Below are positions 55,755 through 64,000 of a stretch of 64,000 nucleotides of DNA, in pieces. The notes under the pieces are model-generated. The model had not been told where the DNA came from and made no database searches. It saw only the letters and a list, made by a program, of their open reading frames with translations. The translations under genes and the position numbers were made by a program. Position 1 is the first letter of the stretch. Each line of letters opens with the position of its first letter. The stretch comes from a virus. The stretch covers positions 1 to 64,000 of IMG/VR virus record IMGVR_UViG_3300021407_000013; one strand, given 5' to 3'.

Positions 55755-56204
55755 ATGAGCTTTATTGAAAACGATCCGCATGATCCACATGGCGCAACTC
55801 GTGCTATTGAAGAGAAATTGCGTGAAGATGTTAGGCCAAGGTTGTTGAGGCCAGTAATGCCTCGACAACCGGAACCTGAACCGGAACCTGTTGTGGAACA
55901 AACTCCATTGCCAGAACCAGTTAAAATAGATCATACATTAATTCCTATCGACGCACTTGAAGAAGTGAGTCGGGCTCTTATGTATGGAAGAGAAAAGCAT
56001 GGCGCTTGGGGTTGGGTTGAAAATCCAAAGACCTATACTGAGCTGTTAGCTAAAACGCAGCGCCACATCTTCGAGTTTCAACGCGGAGTAACGGTTGATC
56101 CTACTACGCAGTTGTCACATATAGCTTGCGCTATTTGTGACCTCATGTTCCTACAGTCCAATATCTTAAAGGGACGTGGAACAGACGACAGATTGAAGAG
56201 TTAA
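55755..56204 (+). CDS. dATP/dGTP diphosphohydrolase-domain (DUF5664-like) protein
   Basis: LIP.DALEEV..AL.YG..KHG...W...RH...G...D....L.HIA.A..L.FL. Confidence 0.75.
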   Translation: MSFIENDPHDPHGATRAIEEKLREDVRPRLLRPVMPRQPEPEPEPVVEQTPLPEPVKIDHTLIPIDALEEVSRALMYGREKHGAWGWVENPKTYTELLAKTQRHIFEFQRGVTVDPTTQLSHIACAICDLMFLQSNILKGRGTDDRLKS

Positions 56205-56402
56205 TAGCTTGGCGCGATCCAGCACAGAGCTTGGGTACAATGGCTTTTCCATCGAAGCTAATATCTGATGGTGCATGTGATGGCATCCCTGATGACGCGC
56301 CAATTTAGACCCTGGGCAAAGGGAAGGTTCAAGTGGTCCGGTAGAAGTCCGGTGAAAGGCCCTGCATCGAGCCCCGCCACATTTATTGAAAAGGAAGAAG
56401 TT

Positions 56403-56678
56403 GTGGACGCTAGAGAATTTGATTGTATAGATTGCAATTCCCATGTTTATACTTGGTCAGATGACACAAGAGAACGCTGTGCCGTTTGCACATGGATTCA
56501 TAATTTGCCAGATTTAACACAGGCAGAAATTGACGAAATACGTGTATTGACTGCCACTCCTATACTTCAAAAATATAGGGATGATAGTTTCCCAGAAAGA
56601 AATTGTGACTACTGCGGGAACCTATACAAAGGTCCAGCAGTTTATTGCAGTCATGTATGTGCTCTGAAGGACGCATAA
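56403..56678 (+). CDS. Zn-finger protein
   Basis: Probable GTG start 56403; CIDC, CAVC, CDYC, CSHVC. Confidence 0.55.
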   Translation: MDAREFDCIDCNSHVYTWSDDTRERCAVCTWIHNLPDLTQAEIDEIRVLTATPILQKYRDDSFPERNCDYCGNLYKGPAVYCSHVCALKDA

Positions 56679-56679
56679 G

Positions 56680-57234
56680 ATGAATGAAGATGTCCGTGAT
56701 ATGTTTGGTTTTGTAGCGCCATCGCAAGAGCAATTGACGTCCATATCGAAATGGGCGAGCAAGGCTTTAGAGCTACAAGCTGAGATTGAGCAAGTTGAGG
56801 CGCACCTAAAAGAATTGAATAGAGAATTAGCTCAAATCGAAGAAGTCGATTTACCCAGAGCTATGATGTCTGCTGGCTCCGAAGAATTTACTATGACCGG
56901 AGGCGGTAAGATTTCAATAGACGATGTTATCCAGGGCAGTCTCGCTAAAGGTGAAGAAAAGCGGGAATATGCGATCCAGTGGGTGGCAGAAAATGACGGC
57001 CAAGAAATTATAAAAAGGCATTTCGAGATAGACTACACCAGAGGTCAACATAGCTACGCTATGGCTTTGCGTAAACTGCTAGAAGAAAATCAAGTACACT
57101 TCGACGAATTTGAGAGTATTCATACAAGTACCTTCAAAGCATTCTTACGTGAGAAGTTGCGTAAGAATATCATGCCTCCGTTTGATAAGATGGGCTTTAG
57201 GTTCTTCAAAAAAGCCATCATTAAGCCGAAGTAA
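56680..57234 (+). CDS. Replication-module hypothetical protein
   Basis: Coiled coil, LP..M...G...F, IH.STFKAF.RE. Confidence 0.6.
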   Translation: MNEDVRDMFGFVAPSQEQLTSISKWASKALELQAEIEQVEAHLKELNRELAQIEEVDLPRAMMSAGSEEFTMTGGGKISIDDVIQGSLAKGEEKREYAIQWVAENDGQEIIKRHFEIDYTRGQHSYAMALRKLLEENQVHFDEFESIHTSTFKAFLREKLRKNIMPPFDKMGFRFFKKAIIKPK

Positions 57235-57238
57235 GAAC

Positions 57239-58120
57239 ATGACAGAGATTCAAATCATAGGCGCTGGTATGGCAGGATTATTGGCTGCCAATATCTTGAG
57301 GCGCCACAGAGTAACGGTCTTTGAAAAGCAGGCAGAACTGCCAAATAATCATCACGCAGTCTTGCGATTTAAAAACCCAGAAATAGGCAATCTTTTGGGT
57401 ATTCCTTTTAAAAAAGTTAATATGATTAAAACTTACATGCCATCTATGAATGTAGTAGCTGACAGTCTTACATATTCAAAGAAAGTAACTGGTAAGTATC
57501 TATCAAATAGATCCATTATAGAAGGTACTGTTCAAGCAGAACGGTATATTGCGCCAACAAATCTAATTGAACAAATGGCACAGAACGTGCTAGTTAGTTA
57601 TGGCACAGATTTCAAACCATTGCAAAATAAAGCGAATATTCCAATCAAAGTTATTTCAACTATACCTATGCCAACATTAATGGCACTGCTAGAATACGAA
57701 CATGAGATTGATTTCGAGAGCAGACCTGGAATAGTATTCACAGGTAGAGTGTTGAACTGTGATGCTTATGTTTCTGTTTTATTTCCAGGTGGAGAACCTT
57801 ATAGTCGCGCCACTATAACAGGCGACCAGCTAATGATAGAGTTTCCAAATACGACAGAACTTCCTGAAACTATTGATATAGCTCGCGCCTATTGGGCATT
57901 AGGTCTTTCAGATTCAGTTGTTTTAGACGCTGATTTTAAAAAACAAGGCTACTTCAAAATCAGCGAGATAGATGAAGCTGAACGCAAGGCGTTTATGCGT
58001 TGGGCAACTGTCACGCACGGTATCTATTCTCTGGGGCGCTACGCGACTTGGCGACCAAAACTGTTATTGGACGATCTAGTCCACGATATTCGCAAGATAG
58101 AAGGATGGATCTGTAAATGA
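57239..58120 (+). CDS. FAD/NAD(P)-binding oxidoreductase (UDP-galactopyranose-mutase-like fold)
   Basis: IIGAGMAGLLAA...VFEK; C-terminal IYSLGRYATW. Confidence 0.75.
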   Translation: MTEIQIIGAGMAGLLAANILRRHRVTVFEKQAELPNNHHAVLRFKNPEIGNLLGIPFKKVNMIKTYMPSMNVVADSLTYSKKVTGKYLSNRSIIEGTVQAERYIAPTNLIEQMAQNVLVSYGTDFKPLQNKANIPIKVISTIPMPTLMALLEYEHEIDFESRPGIVFTGRVLNCDAYVSVLFPGGEPYSRATITGDQLMIEFPNTTELPETIDIARAYWALGLSDSVVLDADFKKQGYFKISEIDEAERKAFMRWATVTHGIYSLGRYATWRPKLLLDDLVHDIRKIEGWICK

Positions 58121-58392
58121 AAAAGCCACCGCCTTTAGGTGATCAAGCAATACAACCAGAATACAAAGAGAAGATGATAGCTCTAGCGCAAGCTGTCGAT
58201 GAACTCTTTAATGGAGAAGCCAAAGGCAAAGACAAAAAAGTTGGCTTTGTATTGCTCGTATTTCCATTTGGAAACGAAGATGGGCGCTGCAATTATATCA
58301 GCAACGGTGCTGATAGAAAAGACATTGTTGTTATGATGAAAGAGCAGATTAAACGATTTGAAGGCCAAAAAGAAGAAGTTGGGAGAGCATAA
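58117..58392 (+). CDS. Hypothetical protein
   Basis: GFVLLVFPFG...CNYISNG. Confidence 0.6.
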   Translation: MKKPPPLGDQAIQPEYKEKMIALAQAVDELFNGEAKGKDKKVGFVLLVFPFGNEDGRCNYISNGADRKDIVVMMKEQIKRFEGQKEEVGRA

Positions 58393-59135
58393 TGAAAGTC
58401 ACACTAATCGACGGAACAGGTTTTGGATCTCCAAATCCAAGTCGTTATGCTGCAAATATGATCGCATATACTCGATCAACAAGACTCAATATGTCTCCAG
58501 GATTACTTGCTGAAATACAAGCCAAAGAGGATTATGAAGTCCTTAAAGAACTAGAATTGGCAGCAGGTACTATTCCATCTAGTTGGGAGTTCGTGCAATT
58601 TACATTCGTCATAGAGAAGGTGACGCGAGCATTCACCCATCAATTGGTGCGTACCAGACACGCCTCATATGCCCAACAAGCTATGCGTATTGTTGAGATG
58701 AAAGATTTTGAGTACGCAACAGGTCCAACATTAACTGGACATTATAAAGGCATGTATGAAGATACTATGAAGAAAATAGCAGAGACATATGAATTTCTTG
58801 TTGATACAGAAGGAGTAGCTGCTGAAGACGCTCGTGGATTATTGCCAACAAATATTCTCACCAATATCTGTATGCACATCAACATGCGTAATTTTGTTAA
58901 TTTGACAAGAAAGCGTGTCAGCAAACGAGTGCAAGATGAGTACAGGAATGTGCTTGATGCCTCAATAATGGAGGTCGAGAAAGTATATCCGTGGTTCTAT
59001 CTTTTTTATAAGAACGACGGTTTCAAAGCCAGAGTAGATCTGCAAAATATGATCTATGACAACAAGAAACTATCTTCTGAAGAAAAGGTTGACATGGTTA
59101 AGAAATTGGATATAATAGGAGGGCAAGAACTATAA
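58392..59135 (+). CDS. Divergent ThyX (flavin-dependent thymidylate synthase)-like protein
   Basis: EF..FTF.I..VTRAFTHQLVRTR..SYAQQAMR; EDARGLLP. Confidence 0.8.
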   Translation: MKVTLIDGTGFGSPNPSRYAANMIAYTRSTRLNMSPGLLAEIQAKEDYEVLKELELAAGTIPSSWEFVQFTFVIEKVTRAFTHQLVRTRHASYAQQAMRIVEMKDFEYATGPTLTGHYKGMYEDTMKKIAETYEFLVDTEGVAAEDARGLLPTNILTNICMHINMRNFVNLTRKRVSKRVQDEYRNVLDASIMEVEKVYPWFYLFYKNDGFKARVDLQNMIYDNKKLSSEEKVDMVKKLDIIGGQEL

Positions 59136-59320
59136 TGGAACTCAAACTTAGCTGGGCAGAAGAAATAGCCCTAGATGTCTCAATGTGTTATCAACAAGGT
59201 AAAACTGCGCGACAGAGAGGTGAGAGTAGATTTACCAATCCCTATACCAAAGTAAAGTTCACTTACGAGCAAGCTTGGGATACAGGTTGGACTGACGAGG
59301 ACGGCCTTATAAACCAATGA
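59135..59320 (+). CDS. Rmf/CrpP-like small protein
   Basis: YQQG..A...G.....NPY.......AW..GW. Confidence 0.55.
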   Translation: MELKLSWAEEIALDVSMCYQQGKTARQRGESRFTNPYTKVKFTYEQAWDTGWTDEDGLINQ

Positions 59321-59763
59321 TTGTAGTAGTTGATCTCGATCATACTGTGTCTGACGCGTTTTGGCGCGACAGTATGATTGGCATCAATCCTTGGGATGAA
59401 TATTACGAAAATGCTAAGTATGATAAGCCATTTAAGAATGTAGCCAATTTAATTAATTCTCTTTCTGCTATGAATTATGAGATTATAGCATTTACTGGAA
59501 GGCCGGAAAAATTCAGAACACTAACTGTTAGTTGGTTAGTGCGGAATAGAATTGACATAGACACTATCTTGATGCGCCCAGACGAGGATTATACCAAAAA
59601 CAGCGAATTGAAACTTAGAATGATCAAAGATCATTTTAAGGGTATTTATCATCAAATTCATTTTATTATAGATGATAACGAAGAATCAGTATTAGAGTTT
59701 TACAAATTGGGAATACCTACTCTGCAAATCAGAAATGTAAGACCAAAGGATCTGTTTGCATGA
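59317..59763 (+). CDS. HAD phosphatase (PNKP-phosphatase-like)
   Basis: DLDHT, TGRPE, MRP..D, K, IDD motifs. Confidence 0.75.
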   Translation: MIVVVDLDHTVSDAFWRDSMIGINPWDEYYENAKYDKPFKNVANLINSLSAMNYEIIAFTGRPEKFRTLTVSWLVRNRIDIDTILMRPDEDYTKNSELKLRMIKDHFKGIYHQIHFIIDDNEESVLEFYKLGIPTLQIRNVRPKDLFA

Positions 59764-60047
59764 CAACAGAAACAGAACGCGCCATAATGTTAGCTGAGAC
59801 ATTAATAGGAATTATGAAAGAGCGCGAAAAGAAATATGGTAGCAATGAAAGTAAAACAGCCCAGATATTGATGATATTATTTCCAGATGGATTCAAAATT
59901 GAACATGAGGAGGCAGCGGCAAAATTCAAACTCTTAATCTATGTCATAGATAAACTTAGTAGATATTCAAAAGAAGGAGACGTAGATTCATTATTAGATT
60001 TAGCTGGTTATGCGTTAAGACTAGCAGCGTTTGATCCACGGGAGTAG
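59760..60047 (+). CDS. Nucleotide-modification-associated helical domain (DUF6378-like)
   Basis: R...YG...KLSRY....DS..DLAGYA. Confidence 0.6.
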   Translation: MTTETERAIMLAETLIGIMKEREKKYGSNESKTAQILMILFPDGFKIEHEEAAAKFKLLIYVIDKLSRYSKEGDVDSLLDLAGYALRLAAFDPRE

Positions 60048-60052
60048 TAGCC

Positions 60053-60328
60053 ATGCCTGTAGCTGATAAGACACTAGCATACGTCAAATCTCTTCCGAAT
60101 ATGGAAGATGTGGAACTCATCGATCAATTTTTTAAAAAGAAAGGCCCAATTTCTAGGGCTGAAGTAGCTCTTCAAGTTGAAAGAAAAGCTAGCATCCAAA
60201 GCAAAAAACATTTAATTTGGATGCGTGATGCATTATTGGCAGCGTTTCCTTTACAACCGCCTCGATCCATACAACTACATGAACGAAATCAAGCACCAAT
60301 ATACAAAGCATTTGATACAAATAAATGA
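60053..60328 (+). CDS. Hypothetical protein
   Basis: SD GGAG. Confidence 0.5.
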   Translation: MPVADKTLAYVKSLPNMEDVELIDQFFKKKGPISRAEVALQVERKASIQSKKHLIWMRDALLAAFPLQPPRSIQLHERNQAPIYKAFDTNK

Positions 60329-60858
60329 TAGCTACAGTCTTTGACACAGAAACAACGGGGTTAATCATTAACCCCGCTCGTAAATTGGATACGCAGCCAG
60401 AAATTATATCGCTGGCTATGCAATCATTAATTGTGCCTAGTGGTGAATTACAAGTATCATATTATAAAGTCTTCAAACCAAAGAAGCCTATCCCTGAAGA
60501 GATTACGAAAATAACTGGATTCACTAATGACTCCGTCTCTGAGGCGCCACCAATTAAAGATCACTTGGATGATATAATTGTTTTCTTAGAAACATCAGAA
60601 TTAATTATTGGCCAAAACCTCGGCTTCGATATGAGTATGATAGAATTAGAATGCCAAAGAGAAAACAGAAAAATTAAATGGCCAAGAAAACTTGATCTTG
60701 TTGCCAGCACTATACACCTCAAAGGTTATCGTTTGAGTCTTAAGAACCTTCATACAGAATTGTTTGGAGTTGCGTTTGAAGATTCACATACCGCAGATGC
60801 AGACGTTGCAGCAACCGTGAGATGCACTGTGGAATTATATAAGCGCGGCTTGTTATGA
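60325..60858 (+). CDS. DnaQ-like 3'-5' exonuclease (DEDDh)
   Basis: FDTETTG, N..FD, H.A..DV. Confidence 0.88.
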   Translation: MIATVFDTETTGLIINPARKLDTQPEIISLAMQSLIVPSGELQVSYYKVFKPKKPIPEEITKITGFTNDSVSEAPPIKDHLDDIIVFLETSELIIGQNLGFDMSMIELECQRENRKIKWPRKLDLVASTIHLKGYRLSLKNLHTELFGVAFEDSHTADADVAATVRCTVELYKRGLL

Positions 60859-61121
60859 AGAAGGTGAAGTATTACGTGTCCAGATACAACAAGCAGGAAG
60901 CTGAAATCCCAGAGACATGGGAAGAGGCACATGAAATGCTAGAGCACGTAATGAGAAATTATAATAGCCATCGAGGCGGCAATAATGAGCGCCTCTCAGT
61001 TGCATGTCGTGTTGCATTTGGTATGTTTAATAGAGATAATTTAATACCAGATCCAACACATGCCTTAATGTTTTTGATGTTAAAGATTTGTGAACGCAAA
61101 GGAGCAGGGCTTGACAAATGA
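60855..61121 (+). CDS. Hypothetical protein
   Basis: Coupled on both sides. Confidence 0.55.
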   Translation: MKKVKYYVSRYNKQEAEIPETWEEAHEMLEHVMRNYNSHRGGNNERLSVACRVAFGMFNRDNLIPDPTHALMFLMLKICERKGAGLDK

Positions 61122-64000
61122 GAATCAAGTCAGAATATAGCTTTCGTCACGCATACGGAAAGATTGAAGACGTTCATAATCGGGTGCTTCAATGCGACTG
61201 GCTAGCAGCGCCCATCTCAGATCGTTTAAGCACATTTGGGTTTACAGATTGGGAAAAACTGTGCGACGAAGTTAAAGTTAAACCAGTGTTTGGTGTAGAG
61301 CTTGGAGTGACACCAATTCTAGGCCAGAAGAAACCGCCAGTGTCTTACTGGACCTTTTTCGCCACGAGCAAGCTCCGCACCATTAATGAATTAGTTCTCA
61401 AAGCTACATCCAAGACAGGCTATTATCCAGTCCTATCTTATGAAGAAGCTACTTCTACTCCAATAGAAGATGTCATAATAATTGTTGACAATAAAGTATT
61501 GCTAGAACAATTGGCTTTTTGTAATCATCCAAATAATCTATATATAGCATTATCTCCATCTACTCCAATTGGATTATTTAGAGAGGCAAAGAAATGGGGC
61601 TATAGATTTATTGCATCTTCAGATAATGTTTTTACATACCCAGATGACAAGCTGCCATATCATACGTTAATAGGAAAGAATTCTGAAACATCTTTGTTTC
61701 CTCAATACATTCTAACAGATGATGAATGGCGTGAGGCGCTACCATATGTAGTAACTGACGAAGATGCCCAAATGGCTATTATCAATAGAGATTTTGCATT
61801 GGACGTATGCAATGCAAAATTGCTTAAGGCTGACATATTCCGATCTACTCATAACTATTCATTAAGACAGATGTGCGAAGATGGCGCAGCAAAGTTGGGA
61901 ATAGATCTAAACGATCCAGTCTATGCAGAACGATTGGATAGAGAAATTCAATTAATTGAAGAAAAGAAATTCCAAGACTATTTCTTTATTGTGGCAGATT
62001 TGGTTGCTTATGCCAAAGAACACATGATAGTGGGGCCTGGTCGTGGATCTTCATCTGGTTCTCTGCTCTGTTACCTTTGTGGTATTACAAACGTCAATCC
62101 TATTAAATTTGGCTTACTCTTCGAGAGATTTATCGACGTCACAAGGGCGGACCTTCCTGACATTGATCTTGACTTTAGCGACGCTAAACGGCATTTGGTA
62201 TTTGATTATATCAAAGATAAATATGGGATAGAACATGTGGCGCGTCTAGGCTCAGTAATGAGCTATAAGCCAAGATCAATTCTCAATACGGCAGGACAGT
62301 CTTTGGGTATACCAAAATGGCTGTGCGACAAAGTAGCTGACACACTTATTGAGCGATCATCAAAAGATTCTCGGGCGCTACAATCATTTGAGGAGACTTT
62401 CTCTGACACAGAAATCGGAAGGAAACTACTCACGGAATATCCAGAGATTTCAGCAGTTTTTGAAGCTGAAGATCATGCAACTAATGCTGGCCAGCATGCA
62501 GCCGGTATCGCCATTACTAGTGGTGAAGTATTGGACTATGTTGCTATTGATGGTCGGACTGGCGGAATCATGGCAGATAAATATGATGCAGAAGTTCTCA
62601 ACATTCTTAAAATTGATATTTTGGGCCTATCTCAATTATCCGTTTTTGAACGAGCTTTAGAACTAATAGGTGAGGAACCCAAGAACGGCTTTCTTGAGGC
62701 GCTCCCATTAGATGATCAAAAGGCGTTCGATGTATTGAATAAGAAACAGTTCTCAGGTATCTTCCAGGCGAATGGAAAGAGCTTGCAGATTTTGTTTCAA
62801 TCTATTCATACGGATAGATTAGGAGATTTGGTAGCTATCACTTCTTTGTCGCGCCCAGGTCCAGTTGCTGCTGGTGGGGCAGTCCGTTGGACACGTAAGA
62901 GGATGGGAACAGAGCCAGCTACATATCATCATCCTATGTTAATTCCATTTTTGGAAGTTACATATGGCGAAGTAGTTTATCAAGAGCAGGTTATGAGTAT
63001 TTGTCGCGATGTTGGTAAGATGGATTTTCGCGGCGTTACTAAAATCAGAAAAGCTATGTCCAAATCTTTGGGCGTAGAAGAAATGAAGACTTTAGGCGAA
63101 CCTTTTATGAAGGGTGCGCTTGAGAATGGATTAGATCAAAAAACGGCAGATACTATTTGGGCAGAACTAATCCAAATGGGTGCTTGGTCGTTTAATCTAT
63201 CACATGCGCTTTCATATTCACTTATAACGTATTGGTGTTGCTGGCTTAAGGCATATCATCCTGTCGAGTTCGCAGCAGCCACTTTAGATAATGAGTACGA
63301 GCCTATGAAGCAACTCAGATTGCTTCGAGAGCTAGACATGGAAGGTATCAAATATAAGCCGTTAGATATTGAGGCATCTACCGATAGATGGAACATTAAA
63401 GTAGAGAATGACAAAAAGATCCTAGTTGGTCCTCTTACGAATATCAAAGGTGTCGGTCCAGTTACGGTGCGGAAGATATTAGAATCACGCAAACCTGGTG
63501 GCGCACCATTAACTCCTGCCATAATGGCTAAGCTAGAAACTGCGTCAACTAAGATAGATTCACTCACTCCGATTAGGGATGCAATCAATAAGATACATCC
63601 AGATTTGAGCAAGATCAATATTATATCAGAGCCTACTCCTATATGTGATCTCTATGCAGGGTTGAATGATCAATATACAATACTTGGGCTTGTCAAAAAG
63701 ATACAGCCTCGGGATGAGAATGATCTTCATTCGTTAGCAAAGAGAGATGGCAGAAGAATAGAAGGTCCATCTTGGAGTCTCAATCTGTTCGTGCATGACG
63801 ATACAGATGAGATATTATGTAAGATTGATAGATATGATTATTCAACTTCCGGTAAGAAAATTGAAGAGATTGCTGGTGCAGGCGACTCTTTGTATGCCAT
63901 TCGAGGGCGCATCCCAAGAGGCTTTAGAATGATTTTAATTTCAAATATAAGATATTTGGGTAAAATGTCTGATCTTGAAATTAAGGCGCAACCAAAACTG
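61118..64000 (+). CDS. dnaE: DNA polymerase III alpha-like (family C), runs off window edge
   Basis: GPGRGSSSGSL..Y, LLFERF, PDIDLDF, HAAG, KIDILGL, YQEQVM, FNLSHA motifs read from sequence. Confidence 0.93.
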   Translation, partial: MRIKSEYSFRHAYGKIEDVHNRVLQCDWLAAPISDRLSTFGFTDWEKLCDEVKVKPVFGVELGVTPILGQKKPPVSYWTFFATSKLRTINELVLKATSKTGYYPVLSYEEATSTPIEDVIIIVDNKVLLEQLAFCNHPNNLYIALSPSTPIGLFREAKKWGYRFIASSDNVFTYPDDKLPYHTLIGKNSETSLFPQYILTDDEWREALPYVVTDEDAQMAIINRDFALDVCNAKLLKADIFRSTHNYSLRQMCEDGAAKLGIDLNDPVYAERLDREIQLIEEKKFQDYFFIVADLVAYAKEHMIVGPGRGSSSGSLLCYLCGITNVNPIKFGLLFERFIDVTRADLPDIDLDFSDAKRHLVFDYIKDKYGIEHVARLGSVMSYKPRSILNTAGQSLGIPKWLCDKVADTLIERSSKDSRALQSFEETFSDTEIGRKLLTEYPEISAVFEAEDHATNAGQHAAGIAITSGEVLDYVAIDGRTGGIMADKYDAEVLNILKIDILGLSQLSVFERALELIGEEPKNGFLEALPLDDQKAFDVLNKKQFSGIFQANGKSLQILFQSIHTDRLGDLVAITSLSRPGPVAAGGAVRWTRKRMGTEPATYHHPMLIPFLEVTYGEVVYQEQVMSICRDVGKMDFRGVTKIRKAMSKSLGVEEMKTLGEPFMKGALENGLDQKTADTIWAELIQMGAWSFNLSHALSYSLITYWCCWLKAYHPVEFAAATLDNEYEPMKQLRLLRELDMEGIKYKPLDIEASTDRWNIKVENDKKILVGPLTNIKGVGPVTVRKILESRKPGGAPLTPAIMAKLETASTKIDSLTPIRDAINKIHPDLSKINIISEPTPICDLYAGLNDQYTILGLVKKIQPRDENDLHSLAKRDGRRIEGPSWSLNLFVHDDTDEILCKIDRYDYSTSGKKIEEIAGAGDSLYAIRGRIPRGFRMILISNIRYLGKMSDLEIKAQPKL

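Noticed and set aside
56289-56295. CTGATGA hammerhead core motif
   Set aside because: No GAAA at the matching junction.
56320-56381. Cobalamin riboswitch-like words (AGGGAA, CCGGTGAAA, GCCCCGCCAC)
   Set aside because: Spacing is wrong and there is no B12 box; kept only as an unclassified RNA candidate.
1-64000. tRNA genes, integrase, reverse transcriptase, group I/II introns
   Set aside because: None recognised by eye; tRNAscan-SE and Infernal would be needed to exclude them.

Overview
A 64-kb piece of a tailed dsDNA phage genome. A sheath and baseplate indicate a myovirus, and no integrase, tRNA or CRISPR array was seen. An alphaproteobacterial host is inferred from promoter style and gene content but is not proven. 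1-24.7 kb (minus): virion morphogenesis operon from terminase large subunit to baseplate J, with a sigma54-like promoter upstream and a divergent NusG/RfaH-like gene. 25.7-50 kb: many small accessory genes, SF3 helicase, a displaced terminase small subunit and a divergent early-promoter region at ~37.2-37.8 kb. 51-64 kb: primase, ATP-dependent DNA ligase, SSB, a putative nucleotide-modification cluster (dNTP diphosphohydrolase, flavin oxidoreductase, atypical ThyX, HAD phosphatase), DnaQ and DnaE. Three results stand out. (1) Six intact type II hammerhead ribozymes with covarying stems lie between early genes, each just before a Shine-Dalgarno; four of them are fused to the upstream TAG stop. 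They would cut the early polycistronic RNA into cassettes that might also circularise. (2) An unidentified pseudoknotted leader RNA is duplicated immediately after two oppositely oriented early promoters. (3) The trinucleotides TGR/YCA are almost absent from one gene and from most promoters but packed densely in adjacent tracts, suggesting context-specific DNA modification. All family assignments are from motif recognition by eye; no database search was run.
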